From Phaeosaccion multiseriatum (taxonomy: Eukaryota > Protista > Ochrophyta, other classes), in the NCBI GenBank assembly GCA_965112735.1, contig OZ218952.1, positions 1,860,001-1,924,000 on the forward strand: a stretch of 64,000 nt of DNA, read 5' to 3'. The position numbers and the translations under genes are program-made. How positions within the stretch are numbered: the stretch's first letter is position 1; the number at the start of each line of letters is the position of its first letter. A model generated the notes under the pieces. The model saw nothing but the letters and a program-made list of their open reading frames with translations. It was not told the DNA's origin and ran no database searches. Shown piece after piece: positions 39,250 through 51,473 of the stretch.

Positions 39250-41462
39250 TGCCTCTGGCCTTTCGGCTGGAAGTGCCCAAATTGGGCTGTGGCTTTGGGG
39301 GCTGTGGGGACTTGCTGGCCGCCTGTCTCCTCGGGAACATGCACACGGGCATGGGGGTGATCGAGGCGCTGGAGAAAGCCGTGGCCTCTGTGCAGCACGT
39401 CCTGCGGCGCTCCATCCTCGACGGGTCCAGGGAGCTGCGTCTCATTCAGGTGACGTGCCGTGTTTTGAGTTTCAGCTGGCCAGAGTCTCAAGGCAAAAGG
39501 ACCATCGATATTGGATCGTGGTATCGATATAGGTTGAGGTCTAATGAACTGAACTGAACTGAAGTGAAGGACAATTCGGCTGGGATAGTAACTACACTTT
39601 GCTTGTTTCCTCTCTTTTCTCTGAAGTGCATGCCCACCCCTCCCTCCCACCGTCGGCCATGTCCAGAGCTTGGGGCGTGAAGGACCCAAAGCCGAACTTG
39701 TACCTCACACCCCCCTTCCCCCCCTCTCCTGCTACTTGTTTGCACCCGCCTTTCCCCTCCCTCGTTCCTTGAGCACAGAGCAAAGCCTTCTTAGAACGCC
39801 CTATCGAGCTCTTCCGAGCACGAGCGGTGTCTCCCCTCGGGGTGTGCGGGGTGATATTTGACATGGACGGGACGCTGACCATGCCCGGCCACATTGACTT
39901 TGCGGGAATCCGGAGCAAAGCAGGTGGGTGAGGCTAGTGATGCAGCAGCTACAGCAAGAGCGGAAGGGGGGGAGGGGCGATCTGTTTGCCTGACTTGTTT
40001 GTGACTCGGTTTCCTTCTGGCAGTCAGACGACGACAAGGAGGGAGGTGTTTGTTTGTGTGTGTTTGCTTGTGTGCACGTGTTCCTCCCCACCTACTTACG
40101 GTCCCTAACATGGTGCCTGTCTATCCATCCATCCATCCATCCACCTACCCACCCACACACCCACCCATCCCTCTCTCCCTCCAGGCCTGGCGGAGGGAGA
40201 CATCATCGCTCAGATCAGGGCCCTCCCCCCCTCCGAGGCCCGCAGGGCCATGTCTATCGTGGAGGAGGGCGAGATGGCTGCCCTGGACAGGATGGAGCTC
40301 CGGCCCGGTCTCAAGCAACTCATGCTCTTCCTCTACGATCGGAGAATCAAGTGAGGCGAATCGATGGATGGAAGATGGAGGGGCGCTCCTTCTTCCTTCC
40401 TTCCTTCCTTCCTTCCTTCCAGCCTCTGGGTTCTTGGGTTCTGGGGGCCCAAGACGTGTTTTGTCTCTCGCACAAGTTTTGTTTTTGTGGCGGGCGCGGG
40501 TAGGAGCCCCCCTGCCCCCCTTTTCTCCCTTTCCTCTCTCCTCTCCCTCCCGTTCTCCCTTTCCTCTCTCCTCTCCCTCCCGTTCTCCCTTTCCTCTCTC
40601 CTCTCCCTCCCGTCATCCCCTTCCTCTCTCCTCTCCCTCCCGTCCTCCCTTTCCTCTCTCCTCTCCCTCCCGTCATCCCTTTCCTCTCTCCTCTCCCTCA
40701 CGTTCTCCCTTTCCTCTCTCCTCTCCCTCCCGTCATCCCTTTCCTCTCTCCCCTCTACCCCCTTTTCTGACCCCTCCCGGCTCCTCTCTCCCTCCCCTCC
40801 TCTCCCCTCTCCCTCCCTCCCTACCCCCCCCGCCCCCCATCCCTCTCTCTCAGATGCGCCATCTGTACCAGGAACATGAAGCGTGCGGTGGACCACTTCT
40901 TAGACCACGCAGGCCTCCCGCACGACATGTTTAGTGACGTCATCACGCGAGACTTCGACTTTGTCAAGCCCGACAAGAGAATCGCCCAATCCTTGGCCAG
41001 CAAGTGGGGCATGCCCACCGCGAATATGCTCTTTGTTGGTGACCATGAGGTGCGATGAGGGGAGGGAGGGATGGAGGGAGGGGAGAGGGGGAAGGCAAGG
41101 GTGGGAGGGAGGGAGGGTGGGAGGGAAGAGAGGGGTGGGAGGGAGGGGAAGGGGGGAGGGAGGGAGGGAGAGACCCGGGGCAGGCAGTTGTCTCGCTCTC
41201 TTTTCTGACCATGCTTCATGAACAAACGTAAACCAATCAGGATGACATGGTGTCTGGCGCAGAGGCCGGGTGCTCCACAGTGCTCATCAAGACAGACAGA
41301 AACGCACCTCTCTGGGAGAATGGCGACGGCGCCGGGGAAGCGCCTTCCTCCGCCTCCACCTCGTCCCCCCCCTGCTCCTCGTCCTCGTCCTCTCCTTTGG
41401 TGGACTGGGCTATCGGTGACCTGCTTCAGCTGCGAGAGATCGTATTAAGCAAAGGAAAGTGA
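37545..41462 (+). CDS. PDXK: Pyridoxal kinase fused to a C-terminal HAD-superfamily phosphatase
   Basis: PdxK motifs RVLAVQSHVVRGYVGNKA, NSVQFSNH, CDPVLGDNGKLYV, TPNQFE, GCGD, ELRLIQSK. HAD motifs IFDMDGTLT, CTRN, KPD, FVGDHEDDM. Exons 37545/37698-38151, 38251-38295, 38561-38671, 38825-39449, 39779-39923, 40185-40350, 40854-41049, 41241-41462, all phase-compatible. Confidence 0.9.
40521..40750 (+). repeat. 30-bp pyrimidine-rich minisatellite in an intron
   Basis: ~7 copies of ttcctctctcctctccctcccgt(t/c)(c/a)tccct. Confidence 0.9.
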
Positions 41463-41810
41463 TGATTAGAGGAGATCAAAATGAGTATGAGGTAAAATAA
41501 AAAAGGGGTAGAAAGGGGGAAAGAAGAAAATCGGCGCCTGACATCTGGAACCTGCCTGGCCGGCTGCGCCAGCCAGAAGCAGGAAGCAGGGTCGCCTCAG
41601 AAGCATGTAGAGGGGCCGAAAAGGGAAGAGAAATAGATGAGGAACGATCCGATCGTGAGGTATCGTGAGAGGGGATGGAATTTCAGTTTCAGCTCGACGT
41701 TCTTGAGAGGGGAAAAAGTCCTTACACAACGGATGACAAGGACACAACACAGCAAAGCAAAAGCGGCGTACGGCAGCATCAGCAGCAGCATTATTAGGGG
41801 CTGCATCAGA

Positions 41811-41841
<31 letters not shown>

Positions 41842-41936
41842 ACAGAAGACAAAGGAAGAGGGCGTGAGTGTTGGAGCGAAACAAGGGAGCCGAGCCGAGC
41901 GAAGGAAGGGAAGAGAAAAAACAATTAGCGGCAGCT

Positions 41937-43263
41937 ATGGTCCACTACCCCCAGCACATGACAGCCGGTGAGTTGAGAGCTTCCATTTCTCCCCTTTCTT
42001 CAGGCTGTGCTCCCGTCGCCTCTCCGAGCTGTTAGGTTAAATGCCGCGGCGCTTCAACCCCCCTCCTCCCCCGCTGCTCCCCGCTCGTTAGGCAAGCTGA
42101 ACAAGAGGCTCCTCGAGCTGTGCGGCGATGCTCGCTTGTGCGATGAGCAAGAGGTGTCCAACCTTCTGGACGCGGGTGCGGATGTCTCAGCGAGTAGGGG
42201 GAAAGTCACTGCTCTGCACCTGGCATCGGAGCGCGGGCACTCTCACATCGTTTCCCTTCTCATTCGGCGGGGCGCAAACGTGGAGGAGGAGGCGTTTGGG
42301 TCCAAGTACACGCCCTGCCATCTCGCCACCACCGACGCGTCAAGGGTGTTGCTACAGGAGGGTAAGGCCTCTGTGACGGCCAGAGACAAGAACGGCTGGA
42401 CGCCTCTCCACCACGCCGCCCAGTACGGCATGGGGCTGAAGATCGGGTAAGGACGGTATAGGGCTGAGGCCCGTGGGGCCTACTTGCGTGTGGTGGCCTT
42501 TTTTTTTGTATTTGTATTTGTATTTCTCTAATCCTCGTTCTCTCCGCTCCCTCTCCACTCCTCTCCTCTGACCAGACTGCTGCTCGACAACGGCGCCCAG
42601 GTGGACGGATGGGACGGCTACCCGGGCTGCAAGAACATCCGGACCCCGCTCCACCGCGCAGCTGCCGGCGGAGGGGGCCCAAGCGCGGCATTGAAAGCTG
42701 CCTGTCTGGACGCGGCGGCGGTCCTTCTCAGCCGAGGTGCGAGCATCGACGCACAGGACAAGGACGATGGAGAGCAGCCTCTTCACGTGGCTTGCAGGGG
42801 CTCAAACACGGCCATGGTGGAGCTGTTCTTGCAGCACGGGGCGGACGTGAATGCCGAGGATAAGAAGGGAGTTCGGGCGCTGCACTGGGCCTGCTTGATG
42901 GGCCATGCCGACGTTGTTGCCCTCCTGTTACGCCAGAAGGCCATCGATGTGGACAGCCGGGACCAGATGGGCCGGGCAGCTGTGCACTGGGCCACCCAAG
43001 GGGAGCAGAAGACGGACGTGCTGCGACTGCTTCTCGACAAGGAAGGCGCCGATGTCAACGCCCTCAGCAAGAGTAGCGGGAGTGCGCTCCACCGGGCCTC
43101 CTACCACTCGCAGCACGAGGCGGTGGTCTTTCTTGTGGACAGGGGCGCGGATCTTCGAGTCAAAGATGCGGAGGGCAAGACAGCCAAGGAGCTGGCCACT
43201 AACCCAAGCGTCGCGCAGGTGCTGGAAGGTAAGGAGGAAGTGGAAAAGAGTGATGATATCTAA
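41937..43263 (+). CDS. Ankyrin-repeat protein
   Basis: TALHLAS, GWTPLHHAA, TPLHRAA, QPLHVAC, ALHWAC, SALHRAS; exons ~41937-41967, 42092-42446, 42576-43263. Confidence 0.9.
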
Positions 43264-43741
43264 CCTTACGGCCAGACCAATCCCCCCCCCCCCCCCTAGC
43301 GTAGGAGCTCCTGTTTGCGTTTGCTCCACTGGCGCAACCCTCCCTCCTCAGCGCGCCCCCCCGCCCTCCCTCCCTCCGTCCGTCCGTCTCTCCCTTTGTC
43401 TACAGAGGCCGAGGCCAGAGCACTCAGCAGCTAGCATCTCAAGTGGGGCGGGCTATTCGACTCAGTAGAAAGGCGCGACTCTTTGCTGAGCATGTGGAAG
43501 CGAAGGAGATACGGGACACGGTGACTGTGTCGGTGACAATCAGCAAGGTGTGAAGGGGGAAGGTGGGGGCAGTACAGTTTTATGGGGTGAGCAGGGCGAA
43601 AGCGCTCGACCCGCTCGGTGACAGCGGGTAGCGTTTAATTTAAAAAAAAAAGAATTAAAAGTAAAGCGCGACTAAATAAGTCCGCCCATCTTCTCTTCTC
43701 TCCTTCTCTCCTATACACTCGTAACGTGGCAGCAGGTGTGT

Positions 43742-44306
43742 CATGATTCAACACGAAGGCCACCTATGGAGAGGGAACAAGGGAGAGAGGGTCTCCCCTC
43801 TTCGTTTGTGAGATTGTTCTCTGCTACTTGATCGAAGGACGGCGGTAATGACTGGAGGCAAAGCAGAAAGTGCAGTTATCTTCCCCGTCCTTGCAATATA
43901 CCCTCCAACTACCTCCCGCTGCTCCTTTACTTCCTCGAGGGGAGGATGGGAAAAGAAAAAAAAAAAAAGCTCAAACTCACAAAACAGCGCCCACCCTGGG
44001 GGAAGTTGGGCACCCAAACTCACTCACCATACATCGACGAGGGTGAAAAAGAAAAAGCGCCGAACGAGCTGTCCGGATTGCCCAGGAATTGTGAGGAGCC
44101 ACCCACATGGGCACTTGGATTGGGGCCTTGGATTGATAGCCCGGTGACGCTCCTCCCTACTTTGTCAACCTGGCGGCCTGCCCCTCAGGGAGGTTGATTG
44201 GAGGTCTAATAAAACTGAAACTGGAACATACCTAAACCTGCTTCCTCCCTGGCCATGTGTGCCTCCACCCCCTTGATCTTCGCGACCAACGGTTAATGGG
44301 CGTGGT

Positions 44307-44359
<53 letters not shown>

Positions 44360-44463
44360 TTCTTCTCTGTGGCCCTTGTTGGGGTCACCGGCCTATCGCG
44401 CCAGGGCACGCTCGGAATGGACTTTTCTTCTGAGGTGGTATGTGGCTTGACTGTACGTAAAGG
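43742..44463. repeat. Left outer inverted arm (A)
   Basis: Near-identical reverse complement of 61774-62492, with SNPs and small indels. Confidence 0.95.
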
Positions 44464-45244
44464 GCTCGTTGGGGGCCACGCTAGAGACATGCTCGGCCCC
44501 ATGCACGCCTAGCGGTTTTCCTCTAGGCCGCTAGGCCGCTCGGCCTTCGGCCGCTCTAGGCCGCTCACTTTTCAGTCCTAGGCGGCCTATAGCCCGCCTC
44601 TAGCCAGCCTCCCAGTGACCGTGGGCGCGTGCGTGGTGCAGCCCAGCCAGTGGGTAGCAGTACTCCTCGTAGGGCCAGCGAGGCGGAAAGAGACAACACG
44701 AGTCTCACTTCCAATACATTCGATATACTACAAGTATTTGCTTAAAATTGACTAGTACTCTGGGCACTCTCACCGTCCCGTCGGCCTGGAGCGAAGGCCG
44801 AGGCAACGAAGGTGGTACTCATTTCCACAGGTGCCCTCGTTGTAGCAGAGACAATGATGATGTGGCGGGGATTGAGCTTTGTGAGGAGCTTGATCGCAGA
44901 GGACAGGGTAACAGCAGTGATGTGATCGTGAACGGATGGTGCTCGTCATTCGCATGCTTTAGGGGCTATGCGGAGCAGGAGAAGGAGAAGTTGCGTCAGC
45001 AGACAGCGAAGGAAGAAGAAGAATGGCGTCAGTCGCGGCCAGAGCAGTCTGATGGGCCGCGGGCTGCAATGCAGGCAGCAGCAGCCTCAGTGGCAACCTC
45101 GGGCAGCTCGGCATTGGCGACAACACCAAGGGATATTCGACATGGGCCCAACCCAGCAGCAGACAGAAGTGACGACACTCTTAGGCAGAGGGAGGGGCGA
45201 AGCGAGCTAAGAGTGAGCGATAAGTCTGTTTGTTTCAAATATTT

Positions 45245-45370
45245 ATCAATTCTTAAAGCTTTGTCGCTCTAGTGCTTCCTTGCCAATATCAATTCTTAAA
45301 GCTTTGTCGCTCTAGTGCTTCCTTGCCAATATCAAATCTTAAAGCTTTGTCGCTCTAGTGCTTCCTTGCC
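45245..45370 (+). repeat. Triple ~43-bp tandem repeat at the 3' end of the left peptide gene
   Basis: tatcaattcttaaagctttgtcgctctagtgcttccttgccaa x3. Confidence 0.9.
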
Positions 45371-46102
45371 TTGCCCTTGCCCTTGCCCTTGCCCTTGCCC
45401 TTGCCCTTGCCCTTGCCCTTCTGTGAGTGACAAGCGAGAGAGGGAAGAGAAGAGGGAGGTGCGTCAGTGTTACGTGAAAAGCAACAAAGACACGACACGA
45501 CAAGATGACACAAAAAAGCGCACAACGTACCTTGCCCTTGCCCTTGCCCTTCTTGCCCTTCTGTTTACGAAAGAGAAGAGAGAGAGAATGGGGAGAGGTG
45601 TGAGTGACGAAAGTGGGAGGAGGAGCTGAAAAAACACGAGACAAAAAAGCGCGTACCTTCCCCTTCTTGCCCTTTCCCTTGCCCTTCTTGCCCTTGCCCT
45701 TCTGTGAGATACAAGCGAGAGTGGGGGAATGGGAGAGGTGTGTGGCTGAGTGGGAGGCAGCAGCAGAGGGCAATCGTAAAAGTAGCTACGTGTCACAAGA
45801 TCACGAGGGGAACAAGGCGTTACCTTTCCCTTCTTGCCCTTGCCCTTGTCGGAGCTGCTGCTGCTGCTGCTGGAGGAGGACGAAGAGGAGGACGAGCTGT
45901 CCTTGGAGACCTTGCCGCCGTGCTTGTTCCAGGGAGATGTCCACGACAGGTTCCGCTCCACAGTGGCCGCCTCCCTGGTGGCCGCCTCCCCGAGCTCGCG
46001 CTTCTTCAGCTCGTCGTTGGAGGGCTCCCCGAGCTTGGCGGTGGCGTGGTTGATGATGGCGAGGAAGGCCAGGAGGGCGGTGGCGAAGAAGGAGAATCGC
46101 AT
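45355..46102 (-). CDS. Secreted silaffin-like poly-Ser/Lys-Gly peptide precursor, copy 1 (139 aa)
   Basis: Exons 46102-45824, 45701-45657, 45560-45531, 45420-45355, all phase 0 GT-AG. Signal peptide, KKREL and ERNL motifs, S16, (KG/KKG)n ending KARKH*. Confidence 0.8.
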
Positions 46103-46809
46103 GATGCTCGCGACGGTGTTGAGATAGGCTGCAGTCTTTGGTTTTGTCGAGTGGAGATGTGTTGTGAGCAGCCTGGCCAGGAGCCTCGCCTGGTTCCCCT
46201 CTCCAGATCCTTAGCGCCATCCCTTTATGTTCCCACTCTACACAAAAGCAAATTTCCACAAAGGTAAAAGGTAACAATTAACGATCTTCGGCAGTTGGTG
46301 CTCCAGGGAATTTTTGTTTGTGACTTTTTCGCATCCCACTTACTCGGCCCGTCAAGGGGCATCGGGTGCCGTCCGCTGGCCATCCAAAAAGTCGTTACGT
46401 TTCTGGGACGTGCCATCTGGGACGTCCAGTGGACGTCCGTGAGAGCAGGGGCGTGAGGGGGACGTCCGAAAAACCAGACGGCCTCTGTACGTCCTTGGAC
46501 AGGGTGGACGTACCCGGTACGTCCACCATGTCCTGCACGCACCCCGGACGTCCACTGGCCGTGCGTGCTGGGGACGTGCATTGGGCCTTGTCCGTGCCGT
46601 GTACGTGTGTGTGTGTGTGTGCGTGTCGGTGAAGGCACGTGCTTGTATACCTCAGGTGGGGGCGCAACCTCGGCGTGGACTGTGCCACGACCATTGTGTA
46701 GACTAGAACAATTGATATTAGTATGCATTGCAGTAGACTGCTTACGAGGCGGAAGGCGAAGTTAGAGTGTGCTCTGTCTACGACTGCCGTTCCGATGTGA
46801 GTGGCGTGC

Positions 46810-48771
46810 TTAGCGGCTCTCGTCTTCTGGGAGAAGAGGGGCTCCGTTACGGAACCGCTGGGGCGCTCGCCGCTGCCTCCTCCTGCCCGTGGGTTCGGGG
46901 GCCGGCTTGACCTTGGAAAGCCTGCGCTTGTTGCTCCCAACTTTTTTGGCCTTCACCAACTTCTCCTTCCCTGCCCCCATTCCGGCCGTATTCGCCCGCT
47001 TGTGCTCCGCCCCCTCCTCCTGCTGCTGCTCGCCTGTCCTCTTCTGTCTTCTCGCGTTGGGGCCGGAGGTTAGAGAAGAGAGAGGTGTATCCGAGTTTGG
47101 TCCATCATCTCCTCTGAGACGAGCCCGCCTCTCACGTGGCTCATGCGCTTCTCCCACGGCTCCTCCCCGCTCCTCACTGCCTTTCTGCCTACCCCCCCTG
47201 CGCTGCTTCTCGGCCGGCGGAGCTTTTGTGTTGGTATCCTCGGCCGATGTTCGAAACTTCACGGAGACCTCTTCGTCCTCCGTATCCGACTCCTCCGCCT
47301 CCCCCCCCCGCCGCCTGCTGCTGCAGCTCCTTTCCCCTCCCTCGTTCCTTCGCTGTCGTCTCGCCTTGCTTCGGGGTCATTTCCCTTCTGGCCTCGGCCC
47401 GGAGGGTGGAAGACGGAGGCCTGCGTTGCCACCCCCCCCTTCGTCCCGCTGGATGGCTGGGCGCCCCCTGTCGCTCTCCTTCTCAGACACGGAACTCCCA
47501 AGTCTTCGCTCCCCTCGTCGGTGGACGACTGTCCTCCTCTTCCTTCTTCGTCCTTAGTCGAAGGAGAAGGTCTCGCGAGGGGGTGGGGCGACAGTTCGTG
47601 GGGTCTGCCCCCGGAGTTGGTGGGTGCTGGCCCCCCCTGGAGTGCACTTGGATCAATGTCGGGTTGATCCGTGGCTATGAAATCGTCACACAGGGCCTGG
47701 AGTGCCTATACAGGAGTCTCGGGCATCTCCGTGGCTCCTTCATCGTCAAATGTATCACATGTGTTATGGTCGTCTGCCATGTGCGGGGGCGGGAGGCGGC
47801 GGGAATGGGGGGGCGCGGGGGGTCGGAGTTGGGTGAGTACGTCATGTTCCACATCTTCGTCTCCTGCTTCGGTCTAAACATGCTTCCTCGCTCCCTGTCA
47901 TATGTGCCCCTGCCCTGCACGCCTGGCCTACTCACCTCCATTGAACCGGGTTGACACGGGAGTACATCTAAACATCGCGATTGGACGCCCATCCGAGTTG
48001 CTGTATTGCTGGCCGACTCGATACCGATTCTGATGTAGCCCTTGGTAAAACTGTGGCGGAGGCGCGAGGAAAGGGGGGGGGGGGGGGGGCATGGAGTGGT
48101 ACCGGTTAGTGTGATGTATGGGAAGTGGGCACAGGCGCGGTTGGGCGGGCGCAGTCTGATCATCCCTCCTTATCTCTCATGCCCTCCCTCACCATGAAGA
48201 TTGGCCCATTTCTCCATCCTCGCTAAAGATATTCTGATCCCACGTCCTGCCGGTCTGGTTGCCTTTCGGGCGAAGTCGATTCCTCCGTGTATGCGCGGGG
48301 GAGTGTACGTAACGCTGCCCTTGCGCCACAGAGGGCGGTTCCCCTGAGTTGATTCCCATCCAGCGCCGAAACTTGTTGTCTCATGGCGGCGGAAAAGCGG
48401 GCCCTCTCATCAATATCATCCAGTCTGGCTCTGGCTGCGTCAATCACTGCCTCAAGCGCAGCTGCAGTTCTTGGATCAAAAACGCCCTGTCGGAGGGGTG
48501 TGGAGATGCAGTCTCCTCCGTTGCCGTCGGCCCCCTCATCGCCAGAGGGTGGACTGTAGCCTGGACCCCCTCGCCTGGCAACACCAACAGCAAGCAGCAG
48601 CAACGGCAACAGCACTGTGATCAGGTTCATTTCAACAGCCAACAGGGGTGGAGGTCCCGTAGCGTCGGGCAAGAGGCAGGTGGCTAGGTACGGAGGTGGC
48701 GTTCATGGAGGCGACAGTAGGGGCGGGACATTATGGAATCACCCCTCAGACTCACCGTCACCGTCGCTCAT
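46810..48771 (-). pseudogene. Degenerate multi-exon gene inside the nested TIR element
   Basis: ATG 48771 mini-exon (MSDGD) splices in frame to the 48223-48672 ORF; further exon-like pieces to ~46810 contain in-frame stops; no family recognised. Confidence 0.3.
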
Positions 48772-50059
48772 GGTGATGAAAGCAAGCAGGAAAAGTATGA
48801 AGGACGATGATGCCGGCGGTTGGTATTACTCTTAGAATACCGTTACTCCTTTTTTTTCAAGCCCATAATCGTCAACGGCGAAAAGCGAGTCCAGTGCAGG
48901 GGCCACAAGATGTACGCACTACCGATAGAGAGGCAGGAGAGAGGGCGAAGAGGGAGGGCCGGGTGATGGTGGTGGGTGACGGGAAGAAGCAAGTTTGATG
49001 CGGGGAGCCGAGTAGGCAGCAGCCGATACTACGGGGGAGGGGCGGCACGATGGACACGCGCATGAGAAAGCCGGTGGACGGAGGAGAGGCGATGGGTTAG
49101 GGAGCAGGGGCGCGGCGACATGACACCCTCCTCCGGGGCGGATCGGTACGAAGGGGAGGGGGGGGGGAGGGGGGGGGGGGTAAGCAGAGGGACAAGAGGA
49201 GGAAGGGTGATGGGGGAGAGGCGAGAGTGTCGTGGAGAGGAAGGTGATGAGGGAAGAGTGGATGGTCTGAGTGCGGGAGGAGGCAGGAAGCGCGAACGAT
49301 GGAGGACTTGGGACGAAAGAGGGAACAGACGGCGGATGGGCGGGTTGGAGGAAGCAGGTGCCAGGTGTGGTGGGTGACGGAGAGAGGAAGGGACGGCCGG
49401 AGGGTGAGGGTGGGGAGAGGAAGGGATGGGGGGCGAAGACGACAGTAGCATTGACAGTTGGGAGAGGGCGGGACAGGGTGTGTGGAGACGCGATGTCTGC
49501 CTGCCGTAGTATTTATGTAGGAGGCGAGTGTCCAAAACTGACCTCCTCCTCGCCCACCCCCACACCCTCCCTCCCCCGCCTGTGCTGCACTCCCTTCCCA
49601 CGCTGAAGCCGCAGACCAGCCACTGACGGCCGTCATCGGCCTTGCCCGTCTCAGAGCACGAGGTGAGGAGGCTGGACGGAGTAGCCGGACTTGACGAAGA
49701 GGGAGGGGAGGGTAGGGAGGGGGAGACCCAAAAGTAGGAACAAGAAGAGGGGAGTTTTTGGGGATGAGAGGGGGCAGGGAGTGCGAAAGGGAGAGGACCT
49801 GCGATGAAAGAGAGTGCACGGCCGGGAGGGTTGTTTGGGGAGAAGTATGGGATAGGCATGGTGGATGATGGCGGTACGGAGGGATGGTTGGGGAGTGAGA
49901 GCGGAGCGAGAGGGGCAGGCGGGCGAGGACGAGCAGCATAGAGTGGAGAGAGGAGAGAAAAGGAGTAGGAGAGTGCGCGGAGAAGCGAGGTCTCCCGGCT
50001 GAAGTATTTTAACAGAAGGTGCCCACGAATAACCCCTCCTCCCCACGCACCCTCACTCA

Positions 50060-50460
50060 GATCAGCTCCTCTCTCTCTCGGAGCTGGAGCATACCCCCGG
50101 TCGGCACACTCCGCTGATGTACTGCAGCACTCCGACGTTGGTGCGGTTCTGCTCCAGCTCCGAGAGACAGAGGAGCTGATCTCCCTCGTTGGCTTTGGAG
50201 AGGACCGATCCAGGCACCGCAGGCAGGTAGGTGGGAGGGCAGCAGTGCCCAGGTTGTTGGTCAAGATGTCTGCCGCCTGGTGGGCCGTCTCCACATACTC
50301 CATGGAGATCGGCTCCAACTACATCCTCATCATGGGCCCTTCTGCGCCGGCTATCGACGCAGCTGCCATGGAGATCCTCCCCCGTCTCTCCTTGAACCCC
50401 GACCCACACCGAGGCCACAGACGCTGGCGGCCGACATAGACTCCGCCCGTCCATGAGCAA
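50060..50460 (-). pseudogene. Coding-like relic with in-frame TAG inside the nested TIR element
   Basis: ORFs 50319-50672 and 49029-50318 are the same frame, separated by a single stop. Confidence 0.3.
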
Positions 50461-51473
50461 GAGGTGAGGAGGTTCGACGGAGTAGCTGGGCGGGACGGGG
50501 GGCGACAGTCGAACATGGAGGCAACAAAAGGAGGGTGGACGGACGAGGCAGGGCTCCAAGACGAAAGAGGGCGCCTCCGGGCTGGATGGAGAAAAGGGTA
50601 GAGAGAGGGGTTCGGAGGCGGGACAGTAGAGCGACGTGTATGGAGGGTGTGTGGATTTGGGACAAGGGACATGGGGGGGGGGGGGGGGGTAAGAAGTGAC
50701 TGACGCGGCGAAGCTGACCCAACGGCTATGACGACCCAACCATAGACGAATGAGTATACACTAACACCCCCCCCCCCCCATCCGGCTGCACAACGAACCC
50801 CGCCTCAGCAGAGCATAGCTTGGCGTGGTATGAGGAGGGAGAGGCGACAACAGAGAGGAGACGAGTGAACACCCACGGAATGAAGCAGAGAACGTGGCGC
50901 GGAGACGTATGTCGAAATGAAGGAAGGGAGACAAGAGGCGGCTTGTCAAACCCCTGACGTGGGTCCGACACATTTCCAGTAGCATAACTACCGGGCCCGC
51001 AGGGCCCAGTAACACGCCACTGGCCGCCGGCTGGTAGCAGGTAGCACGTCGGCTGAAGCCGGCTCGTATTCTAGCAGATAGCACGCCGGCTGGAAGTCGG
51101 CCCGGTACTGTCCCAGGGACGTACACAACTGCTGTGTATTGTTTTTTTAAAGTCAATGTATTATCCAAACCCAACCAGACACCGCGCCCGCTGTTCTCGG
51201 CTTCATGCCCCTCCGCCACCCGACTCACACGCACGTCCCTGGGACGTCCACTTGCGCCCGTACGGGGGACGTCCACACGCGTTCTCGGACAAAGCACGAC
51301 CCGTCTAATGTACGTGCCTCGGACGGGCGCCGCTCGGACGTCCCGGGAACGTCCGAACGTCCCGACGCGTCCTTGGGTTTTTGGACGTTCCGAGTACGCC
51401 TTTTACCATGGCGTCCCAGAAACGTAACGACTTTTTGGATGGCCAGCGGACGGCACCCGATGCCCCTTGACGC

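Larger units (their letters stand above)
46350..51472. mobile_element. Nested 5.1 kb DNA-transposon-like element with perfect 61-bp TIRs, degenerate interior
   Basis: 46350-46410 is the exact reverse complement of 51412-51472; many subterminal GGACGTCC palindromes at both ends; no recognisable transposase. Confidence 0.8.

Noticed and set aside
45245-45370. CRISPR-like repeat
   Set aside because: Head-to-tail tandem copies with no spacers, no cas genes, eukaryotic context.
49029-49939. Long Pro/Ser-rich ORFs
   Set aside because: They arise from purine/pyrimidine-skewed, intron-like low-complexity sequence.
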